A stretch of 64,000 nt of DNA, taken from positions 6,395-70,394 of IMG/VR virus record IMGVR_UViG_3300028653_000016. The stretch is one strand, 5' to 3'. A program made the translations under genes and the position numbers. Origin of the DNA: a virus. Of the stretch, positions 45,471 to 56,208 are shown in pieces. Each line of letters starts with the position of its first letter. Positions within the stretch are counted from its first letter, which is position 1. The notes under the pieces are model-generated. The model saw nothing but the letters and a program-made list of their open reading frames with translations. It was not told where the DNA came from and ran no database searches.

Positions 45471-47378
45471 TTATGATAACTTTTCAATTACAATATAAAT
45501 TGAATAAAATGATGTATTAAAAAATCCAGTGTTTGTAGTAGAATATCTAATTGGATTTCCTGAAGTCGATTCAATAACAAATGTTGAACTAGTAAAACCT
45601 AATACGGCTAAGGATAAGGCAGAAGTAGATGCGGTTTCCAATTGAGCATCATCAGTCCATTCCATATTTGCTGTTACAGTACCTGCTGTAACATCAGCTG
45701 TAGTAGTTGCTAAATAAACAGATGCTCTATATACTCCTGTTGAAGCAGGTGTAAAAAGTGTCACAGGACCTAAATCTGTATTTTGTCCAGGCAAAGAAAC
45801 ATGTGCTACAATGCTTGGTGAAACATTTCCATTAGATATAGCTGTAATCAGACCTTTACCATTAGTTGTTACAGTAGCATTTGTAAAAGTACCTACATCT
45901 GTATTTACAGTAGCTAATGTAGCAACTTCAACACCCCCAGAACCAGCAGGAACAATAATACCATTATCTGCTAAAGTTACAGAACCTGTAAGAGCAAGTA
46001 AACGACCAGTAACAGATGCCCCTGTATTAGCTGTAATACTTGCTGTAGCAATAATAGTTCCAACAAATGCTGTTGTGGTTCCTAATGTAGCTGAAGTTCC
46101 CATAAGCCAATAAACATTATTTGCACTTCCCCCATTTATAATAATAGCAGAGGAAGAACTAGCTGTAGTTAATGCACTACCAACTTGAAATACCCATTGA
46201 GCATTGGGATCTCCACCTGCATCTAAGGTAAGTGTCCCTGTTAATTGAGCAGTTGAAGTAAATTTATAAACTCCAGGAACTAGGGAGGGTACTACCCCTC
46301 CTGTACCCAAAACTTGACCTGTCAAATCCATTGTAAACGGAAGAGCAGCTAACGTTGTGTAAGCTGAAGAAGCATCCGTTTGCGCTTGAAGTGCAAAACT
46401 ATTTGCAATTTGTTCAGTACCTGAAAATGTACCAGGAGGAAATCCTACAATTGAAGTACCTGGATTTAAACCGAGATCTCCAGTCAATACTGAAGAACCT
46501 GTATTCGTTACTGTAGTGGCACCTAAAACTGCATATGTAGCTGATGTTAAAAGAACAGGATTAGAAGAACTAGTTGTCACGTCACCAGTTAAAGCAGTAA
46601 TACCTGTTCCACCTCCAGCAGCATTAATTGTAATAGCTTGACCAACTTGATTTAAAGTAATATTTGTACCAGAAACAAGTTGTACATTTGCTGTTAGATC
46701 AGGACTACTATCTGCATGAAGTGACTTTACAGCAGCTGTAGATGACACTGTAGCAATAGCAGAACCAGGACCTGTTGCTGTTACCTCACCTGTTAAAGCA
46801 GTTATACCAGATCCAGTAATACTATTTATCTGAGTTTGAATATCTGATGTAACTCCATGTACATACCCTAATTCCGTTACAGTAGTAGCTGAGGAAATCA
46901 AATACCCAGATGCATCAGTTACTGGAACAATAGAAGTATTCAATGGTTGAAGATTTGTTCTAGGAAGAATTACAGAACCATTAATACTAGAAGTGGTAAC
47001 AATACCAGAAGATAAAGAACCATCAGCATTTAAAGCAATCCCAACGGGAATTTGAAGTTCATTAATATCCTCTGCTGCAATTTCAGAACCTAGTCCAGTA
47101 TAAGATACTGAGACAACATTTCCATTTTGAGAAGCATCAAATGTAATGACCCCAGTAGCATAATCAACAAAGAATTGAACCCCTGTTGGAGAAGGAGTTA
47201 TAATTTCATTATAACCAGGAATAGTAACAGCGGGAGCTGGGCCTTGAGGAACTTCAACTAACCGAATTACATTTGGGGCAACTGTAAATACCCCTACGAT
47301 TCCTATAGTATGGCTTTCTCCAGAAATTGGAGATCCGATAAGTCTTTCATTTACTTTTGATTTATATGCTATGCTCAT
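45471..47378 (-). CDS. fibre/decoration protein with a DUF3494 ice-binding-like domain
   Basis: GITALTG.VT repeats; YAVLG.TTVTNTG.S..TGDLG...PGVYKF.S.A.LTGTLTLD.GGDPNAQWVFQ. Confidence 0.75.
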   Translation of the reverse strand: MSIAYKSKVNERLIGSPISGESHTIGIVGVFTVAPNVIRLVEVPQGPAPAVTIPGYNEIITPSPTGVQFFVDYATGVITFDASQNGNVVSVSYTGLGSEIAAEDINELQIPVGIALNADGSLSSGIVTTSSINGSVILPRTNLQPLNTSIVPVTDASGYLISSATTVTELGYVHGVTSDIQTQINSITGSGITALTGEVTATGPGSAIATVSSTAAVKSLHADSSPDLTANVQLVSGTNITLNQVGQAITINAAGGGTGITALTGDVTTSSSNPVLLTSATYAVLGATTVTNTGSSVLTGDLGLNPGTSIVGFPPGTFSGTEQIANSFALQAQTDASSAYTTLAALPFTMDLTGQVLGTGGVVPSLVPGVYKFTSTAQLTGTLTLDAGGDPNAQWVFQVGSALTTASSSSAIIINGGSANNVYWLMGTSATLGTTTAFVGTIIATASITANTGASVTGRLLALTGSVTLADNGIIVPAGSGGVEVATLATVNTDVGTFTNATVTTNGKGLITAISNGNVSPSIVAHVSLPGQNTDLGPVTLFTPASTGVYRASVYLATTTADVTAGTVTANMEWTDDAQLETASTSALSLAVLGFTSSTFVIESTSGNPIRYSTTNTGFFNTSFYSIYIVIEKLS

Positions 47379-47382
47379 ATTA

Positions 47383-49053
47383 TTATCCTTCTACTGTTAT
47401 AATGGGGGGATTTGCAATGGGATATGCTTCATTTCCAACAGAAATCTGTTGCCCAGGTGGGATTGTAGTTGTTACAACCCCTTCTGTACTCTGTAAAAGC
47501 AAACTACTCAAATCAACTTCTGAAACTCCAGGCACGTCTTGGGCAATGGCAACCAATTCACTTAGAACAAGATTTGCTCCAAGACCAAGAGAATTTATAT
47601 AAGTAGAAAGTGCTGTCTGCACATTTGTTACAACCGTAGCTGGCACATAACCTGGGACTATAAAAATACCCATACTTACTGAAATAAAGGCTTCAATAGC
47701 TTCCACCACAAGAATATCTGACCCTACAATATGATTTGAATTATTATCTAAAAGAGCTTGCAGAGTAGCAATCAAACTATCATAAGTATAATTAACTGTA
47801 ACCACTGTATTATTATCTGGTTTAAATCCAGAAAATGTTGCACTTCCTGCGCCAAAACCCGCTGTATTACCAACAACAATATGTGTGCTATCAATCACAG
47901 TAGTAATAGTAGTTGAGAAAGTTCCTTGTATGATTGCATTCCCAGGATTCATGCCACTTGTAGTATTCACAACCAAATGAGTACCATCAGTAACAAGTGT
48001 AATATTAAAATAGGTAGAAACATTGAAATTAATATAACTAGCTGCCTCAGTACTACCTGCAAACAGGAGATTCGGATTTAATACAAATTGATAATCTGTT
48101 CCAGCTACAAATGTGTAAGGAACCCCTCCAACAATACCTGTAACAGAGCCTACTGATAGAGCTGGCTGATTCAATAGAACATATTGCTGACTTCCAGTTG
48201 CTGAATAAGTAAAAGTTTCTGCTGTAATAGTGACAGGGAATTGACCACGAATATAAACATTAGTACTTCCACCATATTGATTACGTAATGGAGGATTAGG
48301 ATCATTAGGGCCAACGATGAGAGCTTGAATAACATTTGGATTTGTTTCCATAAGGGAAATAATTCCATTAGGAGTGCCAACATTATTACCTTCAAGCTTA
48401 ATCTGAATACGAGCAGCAAATTGAACGTTAGATTCAATATTCGTTCCACCACTGGTTACAGTTTGATTTGTTACAGCATCAATGCCAAGACCAGGGCCAA
48501 CAAGAGAGACAATAGTATTTGCTCCAACATTACCAACCGTTCCAATTGTTTGACTTATAATTCCTACAGTTTGCTCATAAAAGCCACTTACTGGATTGTA
48601 ATAAGCAGGAGCATTTGAAGGAGTAAAAGTTACTGTAGCTGTTGTCGCAAAGGAAACTGCAGGTGCTGCTGAGGTAGACAAAGTAGAAACAGTTGTACCT
48701 GAAGGAACAGTAATAATAGGAGAGGAAGTTGTATAATTACGAATTCTTAAAGTGATAAATCCGATTGACTGAGTACCTGGATTTCTTGTCATGCCATAGT
48801 TATTAGCAATGGCATCCATATCTGCTGGAAGAATAGTGGCAGCATTTGTAACAAAGGCTTGAAGATTTTGCGTATATTGAAGAGACGAATATACAGAAGG
48901 ATCTGTGCCATTCTGTGCCGATAATTGGTTAGCAACAGTTGATACAACTACATCCGAAACAACTGTTCCTGGAGTAGTTGCGATATCGGGCCTTGATATC
49001 TGCAAGAATGACAGCATTGATTGGACGATTTGTGAAAATGTTGGAAGAGCCAT
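47383..49053 (-). CDS. baseplate J/gp47-like protein
   Basis: G..GNVGANTI...VTN....SGG.N.ES..F..R; V..ALS.YINSLGLG..L.LSEL....DVPGV. Confidence 0.85.
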   Translation of the reverse strand: MALPTFSQIVQSMLSFLQISRPDIATTPGTVVSDVVVSTVANQLSAQNGTDPSVYSSLQYTQNLQAFVTNAATILPADMDAIANNYGMTRNPGTQSIGFITLRIRNYTTSSPIITVPSGTTVSTLSTSAAPAVSFATTATVTFTPSNAPAYYNPVSGFYEQTVGIISQTIGTVGNVGANTIVSLVGPGLGIDAVTNQTVTSGGTNIESNVQFAARIQIKLEGNNVGTPNGIISLMETNPNVIQALIVGPNDPNPPLRNQYGGSTNVYIRGQFPVTITAETFTYSATGSQQYVLLNQPALSVGSVTGIVGGVPYTFVAGTDYQFVLNPNLLFAGSTEAASYINFNVSTYFNITLVTDGTHLVVNTTSGMNPGNAIIQGTFSTTITTVIDSTHIVVGNTAGFGAGSATFSGFKPDNNTVVTVNYTYDSLIATLQALLDNNSNHIVGSDILVVEAIEAFISVSMGIFIVPGYVPATVVTNVQTALSTYINSLGLGANLVLSELVAIAQDVPGVSEVDLSSLLLQSTEGVVTTTIPPGQQISVGNEAYPIANPPIITVEG

Positions 49054-49063
49054 AATGATATCC

Positions 49064-49540
49064 TTAGATGTTACCGATTTGAACGCCTGTCGTAATTTCT
49101 TGCCCACTAGCTGCAATAACTGTGAGAAGGGCTGCTATATTTGTTTCACTCTGAAGTGATACATTTAACGAATAGAGTGTTTGTACAATCTCTGCTGGAT
49201 TAGATCTATTTTGTGTAAGTAAATATAAAATTTGCAATGCCTGAGTAATTTGCTGTTGCACAGTTCCTGAAATTGTTGCTGGATTCATTCTGTTACCAAT
49301 TAATGACTGAAGTGTAGTACCATAGAGAGGGAACAATGTAATAGGCGTTCCTTGTTCAGTTAACAGAATCTTCTGAACATCTTGAACTGTCTCTTGTAAT
49401 CCAGATACCAGAACAAAATCATTATTCGAACCAATAACTAAGTCATTAGTCTGCTCTCCAAAAAACGGACCAGCAACCTGCTGAGGTGGATACTCAGGTT
49501 GACCTGGGACTGGAATTGTTATTAATTGCAAATCGCTCAT
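49064..49540 (-). CDS. gp25-like baseplate/sheath initiator
   Basis: DL...DF.LVSG.....Q.....LLTE.G.....P.YG..L..LIG. Confidence 0.75.
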   Translation of the reverse strand: MSDLQLITIPVPGQPEYPPQQVAGPFFGEQTNDLVIGSNNDFVLVSGLQETVQDVQKILLTEQGTPITLFPLYGTTLQSLIGNRMNPATISGTVQQQITQALQILYLLTQNRSNPAEIVQTLYSLNVSLQSETNIAALLTVIAASGQEITTGVQIGNI

Positions 49541-49552
49541 TTTATATTACCT

Positions 49553-50041
49553 TTAACCACAAATTTGATCAATTAAATTTAAAAAGGTCTGTGCTTGATT
49601 AACAAAGTTCTGCAAACTTTTTACTTTATTTGAAATGGCAGTGGCAACATAGGCACGTCTGTTGTAAGTGTATATTAGATTTTGAAGTCCTGCCAATGCT
49701 TTGAGAGTAGCACCACTTTCAGCCTGTGTTAAAAAGTTGCTAATCACTGGACAAGTTGAAGCTCCAACCATCGGTCCAAGAACTACATTCAGGTCTGCCT
49801 GTATCTTATTCTGTACTGCAGCTAAAGTATTAATTTCCAATTGGGCAAAGGAATTCAAAATATCAAGTCTAACAATCTGAGCACCAAGTATTGCAATCTC
49901 TGCGTTAGCTGCCAATATCTGACTATTCAAAAAAGTCTTGAATGTAGCCTTAAGAACAGCATTCCCACAGAGCACTTGCACAATAAAATTATAAACACAA
50001 GTACCTAATGTTGTTAAAGCAGATGTAGGAGGATTAGGCAT
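49553..50041 (-). CDS. helical baseplate-region protein
   Basis: Position in the baseplate cluster. Confidence 0.5.
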   Translation of the reverse strand: MPNPPTSALTTLGTCVYNFIVQVLCGNAVLKATFKTFLNSQILAANAEIAILGAQIVRLDILNSFAQLEINTLAAVQNKIQADLNVVLGPMVGASTCPVISNFLTQAESGATLKALAGLQNLIYTYNRRAYVATAISNKVKSLQNFVNQAQTFLNLIDQICG

Positions 50042-50042
50042 C

Positions 50043-51089
50043 TTAATTACCCGCCGTTACAGTAAGAGAAGCTGTAGATATCTTGCTTGTCAAAGAAGGT
50101 GGGGCAATTGGTGACTGTGCTAAAAAGGCTGCTCCTAATGCTCCAAGTTGTGATTGTATTACAGGACTTCCACCTTGAAATCCAGAGAGTGCTGTAAAAA
50201 ACGATTGAATGGCATTTATAAATAACCAATAAATCGGGTCCGTAGATGTATTTGAAATTGTTAAATCATTCAATCGAGCTACACCTTGGCCAACTCCACC
50301 ATTTAAAGAAATTGTAGTCCCAGTTAAAGAAATATCTCCAAGGGGGTCCATCTTTAAAGAAGCCAAACTTACCCCAGTCCCAAAAGTAGTATTATTAAGA
50401 GATATATTTCCAATTGTATCCATTGTTAACTGACAAATAGGAGTTTCTACAGTTGTAGCCCCAGTGGGAACAGATAATTGTGTAGCTACTTGGAGCCCTT
50501 CCGTAAGACCTGTTATAGAATTTGTTGTAAAATTGAAAGTACTTTGTATATTGTCAGTTCCTGTGTTTGACTCGAAGTAACCATTATCTGCTGAAAGAAG
50601 TACCTCATGATCATCATCGGAACCTGTGCCACCTACTACCAAACGCTCACCAGTGGACCCAGATTCAATTTGAGCAGTCCCATTGTTGCCAAGGTATAGG
50701 TGAGCCCCAAAACCTGGAATCCCCTGCCCTGTAGGTGAAGTAGGGCCTGTTGCTTCCATATAGATTTCACCATCTTGAATAGGATTGGCATGATTATGAA
50801 TATCTTGAGCAGCATTTCCTACTGATGGAATAAAACCTCTATACTGATCATTTGTAGATAAAAAGGTGTATGGTTCTCTTAGCACCATTAAAATATAAGA
50901 TCGATAAGCATCCAATTGCAACACTAAAACAAGACTACCTAGCAATGGAGCACTTTGATCCTTTAAGGCATTCCCAAGCTGCACCCCAACCAATTTTTGT
51001 CCATTAGGAATCTCAACCACTGAGTACTGCCTAGGGGTTACTGGATCTTTGGCTAAAATTTGAGCTTGAAAAATTCTATATTCTGACAT
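50043..51089 (-). CDS. baseplate central spike (gpV/gp5-like)
   Basis: N-terminal OB-like region, beta-helix-like C-terminus, VARLND motif; synteny. Confidence 0.6.
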   Translation of the reverse strand: MSEYRIFQAQILAKDPVTPRQYSVVEIPNGQKLVGVQLGNALKDQSAPLLGSLVLVLQLDAYRSYILMVLREPYTFLSTNDQYRGFIPSVGNAAQDIHNHANPIQDGEIYMEATGPTSPTGQGIPGFGAHLYLGNNGTAQIESGSTGERLVVGGTGSDDDHEVLLSADNGYFESNTGTDNIQSTFNFTTNSITGLTEGLQVATQLSVPTGATTVETPICQLTMDTIGNISLNNTTFGTGVSLASLKMDPLGDISLTGTTISLNGGVGQGVARLNDLTISNTSTDPIYWLFINAIQSFFTALSGFQGGSPVIQSQLGALGAAFLAQSPIAPPSLTSKISTASLTVTAGN

Positions 51090-51090
51090 G

Positions 51091-53472
51091 TTAAGATCCT
51101 GATGCAAACGAATTTTCAATATCAGTTAGAACTGGAAGCAAGTCAACATTAATACCTGTAATTGCATTGGTATTAGAATAAGTAGGAACTGCATCTCTAA
51201 CATATGATAGATTAAGAGACATTGTGGCTGTGCCTGTTACAGAAACGTGCTTACTAAGTCCTACAACATACCCAAACTTATAATGTGCCTCATCAATGAA
51301 CGTTTGTCCAACTTGAATTGTGTTATCCAAATCGCAAGTAATTGCACCTGTCTTAAGTTTAGCATTAGATAATTCCATCAAATATTCAGCATATCCAAAT
51401 ATGCCAGTTGTTTTACTATTATTAGTTGAAGTGTTAGACACAGAAGCCGTTGCAGTATTCGGATTTGCTGCTGTATTCATCTCCAAAAGACCATTTTGAA
51501 TTAAAAGCTTACCATCACAATAACCAAACTGTTGCAAAACTGAAATGGGTGTTATATTAGGAGAATATCCAGCAAATAATTTTGTCACCAAATTCTCAAC
51601 TGTTTCTCCATAATTAGAAGAAAGAATATTTAAATTAGTGCTACGAATCATGGCTATGTCAGAGCGACCCGTAACTGAAGCAGCCATATTATTATACTGT
51701 GGAGATCTTACTATGAACTGACCATTAGGCTGTTCAAAAATTTCAACAAAGGCAATAGTTCTAATTTGATCCAAAATTTCATAAGGTGTTTGCAATTGAG
51801 GGCTAAAAGCCTGAAAAACTTCTGTTAAAAATTGAAAGTAAGCTGTTAAATTCTGTACTTGTGGTTCAACATAAACAGGACTAGTACTCTTATAGTTTAT
51901 TACCTGTTCACTAGGACTATAATTCTGAATAGCTTGTTGAAATGTAAGTGGAGGAACTTGAACTGCAAAATCATTAGTCTCTACATTTGTTTGAGCAACA
52001 GCAAACTGAGAACCCGTTAAACTATTAGCTGTCATTTGTGCTGCACTTGCAATAGCCCCTTCAATAAAGCTTTCAGAAGCAGGGACAACTAAAGGTTCAA
52101 TATAAGCAAAAGGTCTAAGCTTCATTACTGTTGAAAGCAAATATGGGGGCAAATTAAACAAATTTGCTGGGTAAGCATTAGCCACAATTAAAGATGTAAT
52201 ATTATAAAAACTATTCTCCAATATCAGCTGTGGAGTTGTAGTTGTTGAAGCTATTGATGAAGTCGTAAGAGAAAGACTTGTATTACCCAAAGGGCTTGCA
52301 AAAAATTCTGATTGAATCTGTGTTGAGCTAAACAAATTGGTTGAATTATTTGGATTCAACACAACAGGAGCAGGTGTAGCTGAATTTACCAAAGTATTTG
52401 TATACGTTTGAAAATCAATCTTGTATACCAAATCAAATAAATCACGTATAATATTAGAAATAGGTTGACCAGCATAAATAGTTTCAAAAGCGGATACATC
52501 CTGCAATCCAAGTACTTGACCTGTCTGATATAGAGAATTCTGAAATAAAGAAGGTTTTACAGCGCGGCGAGTTGATCCAAATAATCTACTCCATCCATTT
52601 CCACTCATTATAACTCTATCAACCTGATTAATAGCACTTGCTAAATTCTTCTTCATTACAAAGCCATTAAATTCATTTGAGAAAAGTGTTTGACCATTTG
52701 GCATCTTAGTCAAGAGAACTGATTCATACTGAAGATAGGGATCTGTAGGACTTTGTAATCCAACAGGAGGAACATCCGTAGTAGTGGTGTATTGAAAAAT
52801 AACTAATGGATTATTCGCAGGAGTAGAAGGAGCAGGTATAAATGACCCATAAATATTCGATAGAGGAGTCTGATTCTTATAAAGGAATAAAGAAATGAAA
52901 TCATACTCTTGAATTAGATCACTAAGTCTTAAACCAGGAGTTGTTGAAAGCACAGTCGTAAGATTAGTATTCTGAACGGTCAAAGGTCCAGGTGTTGCTC
53001 CGCGCTTCTGTTTAGCTGCTTTAATAGGGTTAATCGTATTTAAACTATTAGAGCTTCCTGCTGTATCGTCATTGTTGTTCTCAATGTTATTAGCATTTGT
53101 TTCATACTCTGCTAACAAAAGAGCTGAATCAGTCGAATTGGAGAAAGAAAGTCCTCCTTTAAGGGAACTTCCTGACGGAGGTTTAACTTTCAATTTGCTA
53201 TTAATAGTACCATAACTCAAGGCTAGATCCTGCAACTCTACAGACCAAGAATAGGTTGTTTCGTCAATATTTTGTTCAAAGGAATATGAAGTAACAAAGG
53301 ACGAAATATCATACTTTGTAAAATACTTTGTATCATCTAAATCAATGGAATAAGGTGTAAAAGTGGACAACGAGGAGGTTACTCCAGCTTGGGGATTAAA
53401 CTCTGGAGTATATTTATACAAGAAACACTTAATATATAAATATTCTTGACTTACCTGATCGTTTTGTGCCAT
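51091..53472 (-). CDS. baseplate hub / tail-tip protein
   Basis: Synteny; DISSFV.S..F, F.GFV, EIFE.P.G.F.VR.P, GY V..SK pattern. Confidence 0.6.
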   Translation of the reverse strand: MAQNDQVSQEYLYIKCFLYKYTPEFNPQAGVTSSLSTFTPYSIDLDDTKYFTKYDISSFVTSYSFEQNIDETTYSWSVELQDLALSYGTINSKLKVKPPSGSSLKGGLSFSNSTDSALLLAEYETNANNIENNNDDTAGSSNSLNTINPIKAAKQKRGATPGPLTVQNTNLTTVLSTTPGLRLSDLIQEYDFISLFLYKNQTPLSNIYGSFIPAPSTPANNPLVIFQYTTTTDVPPVGLQSPTDPYLQYESVLLTKMPNGQTLFSNEFNGFVMKKNLASAINQVDRVIMSGNGWSRLFGSTRRAVKPSLFQNSLYQTGQVLGLQDVSAFETIYAGQPISNIIRDLFDLVYKIDFQTYTNTLVNSATPAPVVLNPNNSTNLFSSTQIQSEFFASPLGNTSLSLTTSSIASTTTTPQLILENSFYNITSLIVANAYPANLFNLPPYLLSTVMKLRPFAYIEPLVVPASESFIEGAIASAAQMTANSLTGSQFAVAQTNVETNDFAVQVPPLTFQQAIQNYSPSEQVINYKSTSPVYVEPQVQNLTAYFQFLTEVFQAFSPQLQTPYEILDQIRTIAFVEIFEQPNGQFIVRSPQYNNMAASVTGRSDIAMIRSTNLNILSSNYGETVENLVTKLFAGYSPNITPISVLQQFGYCDGKLLIQNGLLEMNTAANPNTATASVSNTSTNNSKTTGIFGYAEYLMELSNAKLKTGAITCDLDNTIQVGQTFIDEAHYKFGYVVGLSKHVSVTGTATMSLNLSYVRDAVPTYSNTNAITGINVDLLPVLTDIENSFASGS

Positions 53473-53489
53473 TAGATATCCTGTTCTTA

Positions 53490-53987
53490 TTAGAACTTCT
53501 GTAATAGATTCGTAATATTTGCACTAGCTTTATTTAGTGGAATATTCAAAATATTCTGTAATCGACCAATTGCTCCTTCAATAACTCCATTATTCGTAGT
53601 AGAAATTGAAAAATCTTCAATGGCGAATTGCTGTCCAAATAGCAACTGAAAATTTATAGTATAAGTAAACTCATTTAAATGACTCGTAGATGCTTCAACA
53701 TCTAGAAGGGTGAGAAATCCTTGATAGAGTTGAGTTTTATAAAAGAGAGTACTCAATTTATTATTACTCTCAAACTGTTGCTTTAAGAACAAAAGTTCTT
53801 GATACGCTGTTTGACCTGCAGAAGCTCCAGTCATCACAAGCATCTCTGGAGAGTTGTACCAAATCTGGTACTGCACTCCTCCCTGTGTTGGGAGTGTTCC
53901 ATAACTGACTGCCTTCGTGATATGCATCTGACGAGGATTCACATAGAAGTTAAGATTATTAAGACGAACAGGATAAATATTAGCCAT
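53490..53987 (-). CDS. tail tube initiator-like protein
   Basis: FYVNP..M.I.K......T.GG...W; YQGF....F.Y.I.F; lies downstream of TMP. Confidence 0.6.
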   Translation of the reverse strand: MANIYPVRLNNLNFYVNPRQMHITKAVSYGTLPTQGGVQYQIWYNSPEMLVMTGASAGQTAYQELLFLKQQFESNNKLSTLFYKTQLYQGFLTLLDVEASTSHLNEFTYTINFQLLFGQQFAIEDFSISTTNNGVIEGAIGRLQNILNIPLNKASANITNLLQKF

Positions 53988-54000
53988 TATTAATTACCTT

Positions 54001-55755
54001 TTACCAAGAACCACTACTTCCATTAGTAGGGTGTGACCCATTGGGTTTATGCATAATATTCTTATCTACCCATTTTGGAATTCCTTTAAATACATTGAGA
54101 GGATTTGCTTTTCCCAAGGATTCAAATATTTTATTTATCTTATCATCTACCATTGTCCAGAAATTAGTAAATACATTTTCAAGACGTTTAATTGGATCAA
54201 CAATCTGAACCAATGTGTTAATACCTTCAGCCATGGCAACTTGAGGAGTCTTGCCTTCTAAAGCTTGAAATCTATTACCAAACTCTTTATTAGAAATACT
54301 CCCATTCATCATCTGTTGGGTAAGCTCAAAAAACTTGGGTGTATCTTGTAAACGAAGTCCAGGTAAAAATTGTGTTTGTAATTGATTAGCTGCAAACATG
54401 CGCTGTGTAGGATCTTTAAATTGGCTTCCAACTTTAGTTAAGAAACTACCCATTAAACCAAAAACTCCACTACCCTTATTGCCTAGCATACCACCTTCAC
54501 CGAACAAATCACCAGGACCAGGAATCTTACCACCATGAGTAAAAGCAAACATACCTGCAATTTGAGGAAGAGAAAGATTAGCTCCAGCTTGAACAACAGC
54601 ACCACCAATGCGTAATTTTTCAGCTTCATTATTTCCAGCAATTGCATTCAAATACCCTGAGATATTATAAAGTGTATTTGAAGCTACTGCTCCATCATTT
54701 GTAATGTTACGTAGGGCCTTAGCCATGTCCATCTGAGCCTTAATAGCATCAAGCTGTGTTACCTTTAGGCGTTCTGCATTTACACGAGAGGAAACGAACG
54801 TATCAGTTATATCTTTCTGAGACATTCCTAAATTTTTAGTAGCGTCAGTAAAAAGCTCCATTTCCTTAGAGGCATCTGGAAGAATATTAGCAAAGAGTCC
54901 TAAATTGCCACGAATAGCCCCAAATCCACCTGCAGCTTGTGACTGATCTATCATCGTTCTAGATCCAGCCATCTGTCCTATAATAGCCCGTTGTTGCTCA
55001 GCCGAAAGTGCTTGCCCAAGACTACCAAAAGGACCAAGAGCACTTCCCCCATTAAAAAGATTTGTTGCAAAATTAAGTCCTGCTCCAGCCCCTGATCCAA
55101 GTCGAAGCCCAGCACCAGCCAGTTGCGCTCCTGTAGCAGTAAAAGCTGCTTTGGTATTCAACATCTCCATTGCAGCACCAATAATAGCTGCTGGAATAGC
55201 AACTGCAGGATTGGCTAAAAGAGTACCGACACCTGCTACAGTGCTTCCTACAGGTCCTCCTACATTAACTAGGGCATCTCTGGCACCTCTTACTAAACCA
55301 CCAAACCCTGTAGCTTGCTTTTCTTTACGTGCAGTTTCTTCTGTAATTCTCTGTGAATTTCTTGCTGAATCTGTTATAATTTTAGTCTTGGCTTTTTCAA
55401 ATTCCTCCGTAGCCATCCTTTTTTCTTTTAAAGCGGCTATGCTGGCATCCCTTTCAGCTTCAATACCCTTTATGGCTTCAGAACTATATCGTTTTAAGGC
55501 TACTTCATTCTCTTTATGCTTATCCCCCATGTAACGCCAAAATCGTTCTTGGGCCGCCATTCCATCATGGGAAGCTTTCTCCCAATTCACTCCAAAGTTC
55601 TTCATTAACCCATCTAGAACCTTCTGCAAATCAGCAAAAGCTCGTTCAGCAGGTTGAGTATTAACAGAAACATTAGCACTCACATTTTGAGACTGTGACT
55701 GTGTAAAAGGGTTAGGTGGCAAAGGTTGCCCAGAAGGGCCTAATAGATCTGGCAA
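54001..55755 (-). CDS. tape measure protein
   Basis: Ala/Gly-rich helical protein downstream of the tail chaperones. Confidence 0.75.
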   Translation of the reverse strand: MPDLLGPSGQPLPPNPFTQSQSQNVSANVSVNTQPAERAFADLQKVLDGLMKNFGVNWEKASHDGMAAQERFWRYMGDKHKENEVALKRYSSEAIKGIEAERDASIAALKEKRMATEEFEKAKTKIITDSARNSQRITEETARKEKQATGFGGLVRGARDALVNVGGPVGSTVAGVGTLLANPAVAIPAAIIGAAMEMLNTKAAFTATGAQLAGAGLRLGSGAGAGLNFATNLFNGGSALGPFGSLGQALSAEQQRAIIGQMAGSRTMIDQSQAAGGFGAIRGNLGLFANILPDASKEMELFTDATKNLGMSQKDITDTFVSSRVNAERLKVTQLDAIKAQMDMAKALRNITNDGAVASNTLYNISGYLNAIAGNNEAEKLRIGGAVVQAGANLSLPQIAGMFAFTHGGKIPGPGDLFGEGGMLGNKGSGVFGLMGSFLTKVGSQFKDPTQRMFAANQLQTQFLPGLRLQDTPKFFELTQQMMNGSISNKEFGNRFQALEGKTPQVAMAEGINTLVQIVDPIKRLENVFTNFWTMVDDKINKIFESLGKANPLNVFKGIPKWVDKNIMHKPNGSHPTNGSSGSW

Positions 55756-55793
55756 TGAATTATACCTCAGAATTGAACTACATTAGGTTGGAA

Positions 55794-56174
55794 CTACACT
55801 ATCAAATTGTGATTATTTTTAAGTCTTTCTCTTGTACTCTCAAAAGAATTATGCCGAATCTCTTTTCTCAAATTTTCGATATCCTGGCAAACCTTATTCA
55901 AATCAAGATCTATAAGAATTCTATCATACAAAGCAGAACGAGAATCACTAGTTAAATTATCCCGCATTTTATGCAATTCTGTTTCAAGCTTCTGTAAAAA
56001 TACCATGTCTGTAGAGCCGTTTTTATAATAGTATTTCTTACTATAACCGATATGACTCAATGCTTTCTCAAAGGTAGTCTTGAAAAAACCAAACTTTTTG
56101 AGAACCCAATCAATCAGGTTAAGCACTTGGAAGCCTATGGCCGCTACGAAGAAGAGTACAATTAAGATTTCCAT
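55794..56174 (-). CDS. membrane-anchored moron-like protein
   Basis: N-terminal TM helix; own sigma70 promoter inside the tail operon. Confidence 0.65.
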   Translation of the reverse strand: MEILIVLFFVAAIGFQVLNLIDWVLKKFGFFKTTFEKALSHIGYSKKYYYKNGSTDMVFLQKLETELHKMRDNLTSDSRSALYDRILIDLDLNKVCQDIENLRKEIRHNSFESTRERLKNNHNLIV

Positions 56175-56179
56175 ACTAC

Positions 56180-56208
56180 AGTATAACAGGAGAAGATAAC
56201 AATGTCAA
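56180..56208 (-). promoter_or_regulatory. sigma70 promoter TTGACA-N17-TATACT, leaderless
   Basis: ATG 5 nt after the -10. Confidence 0.8.
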
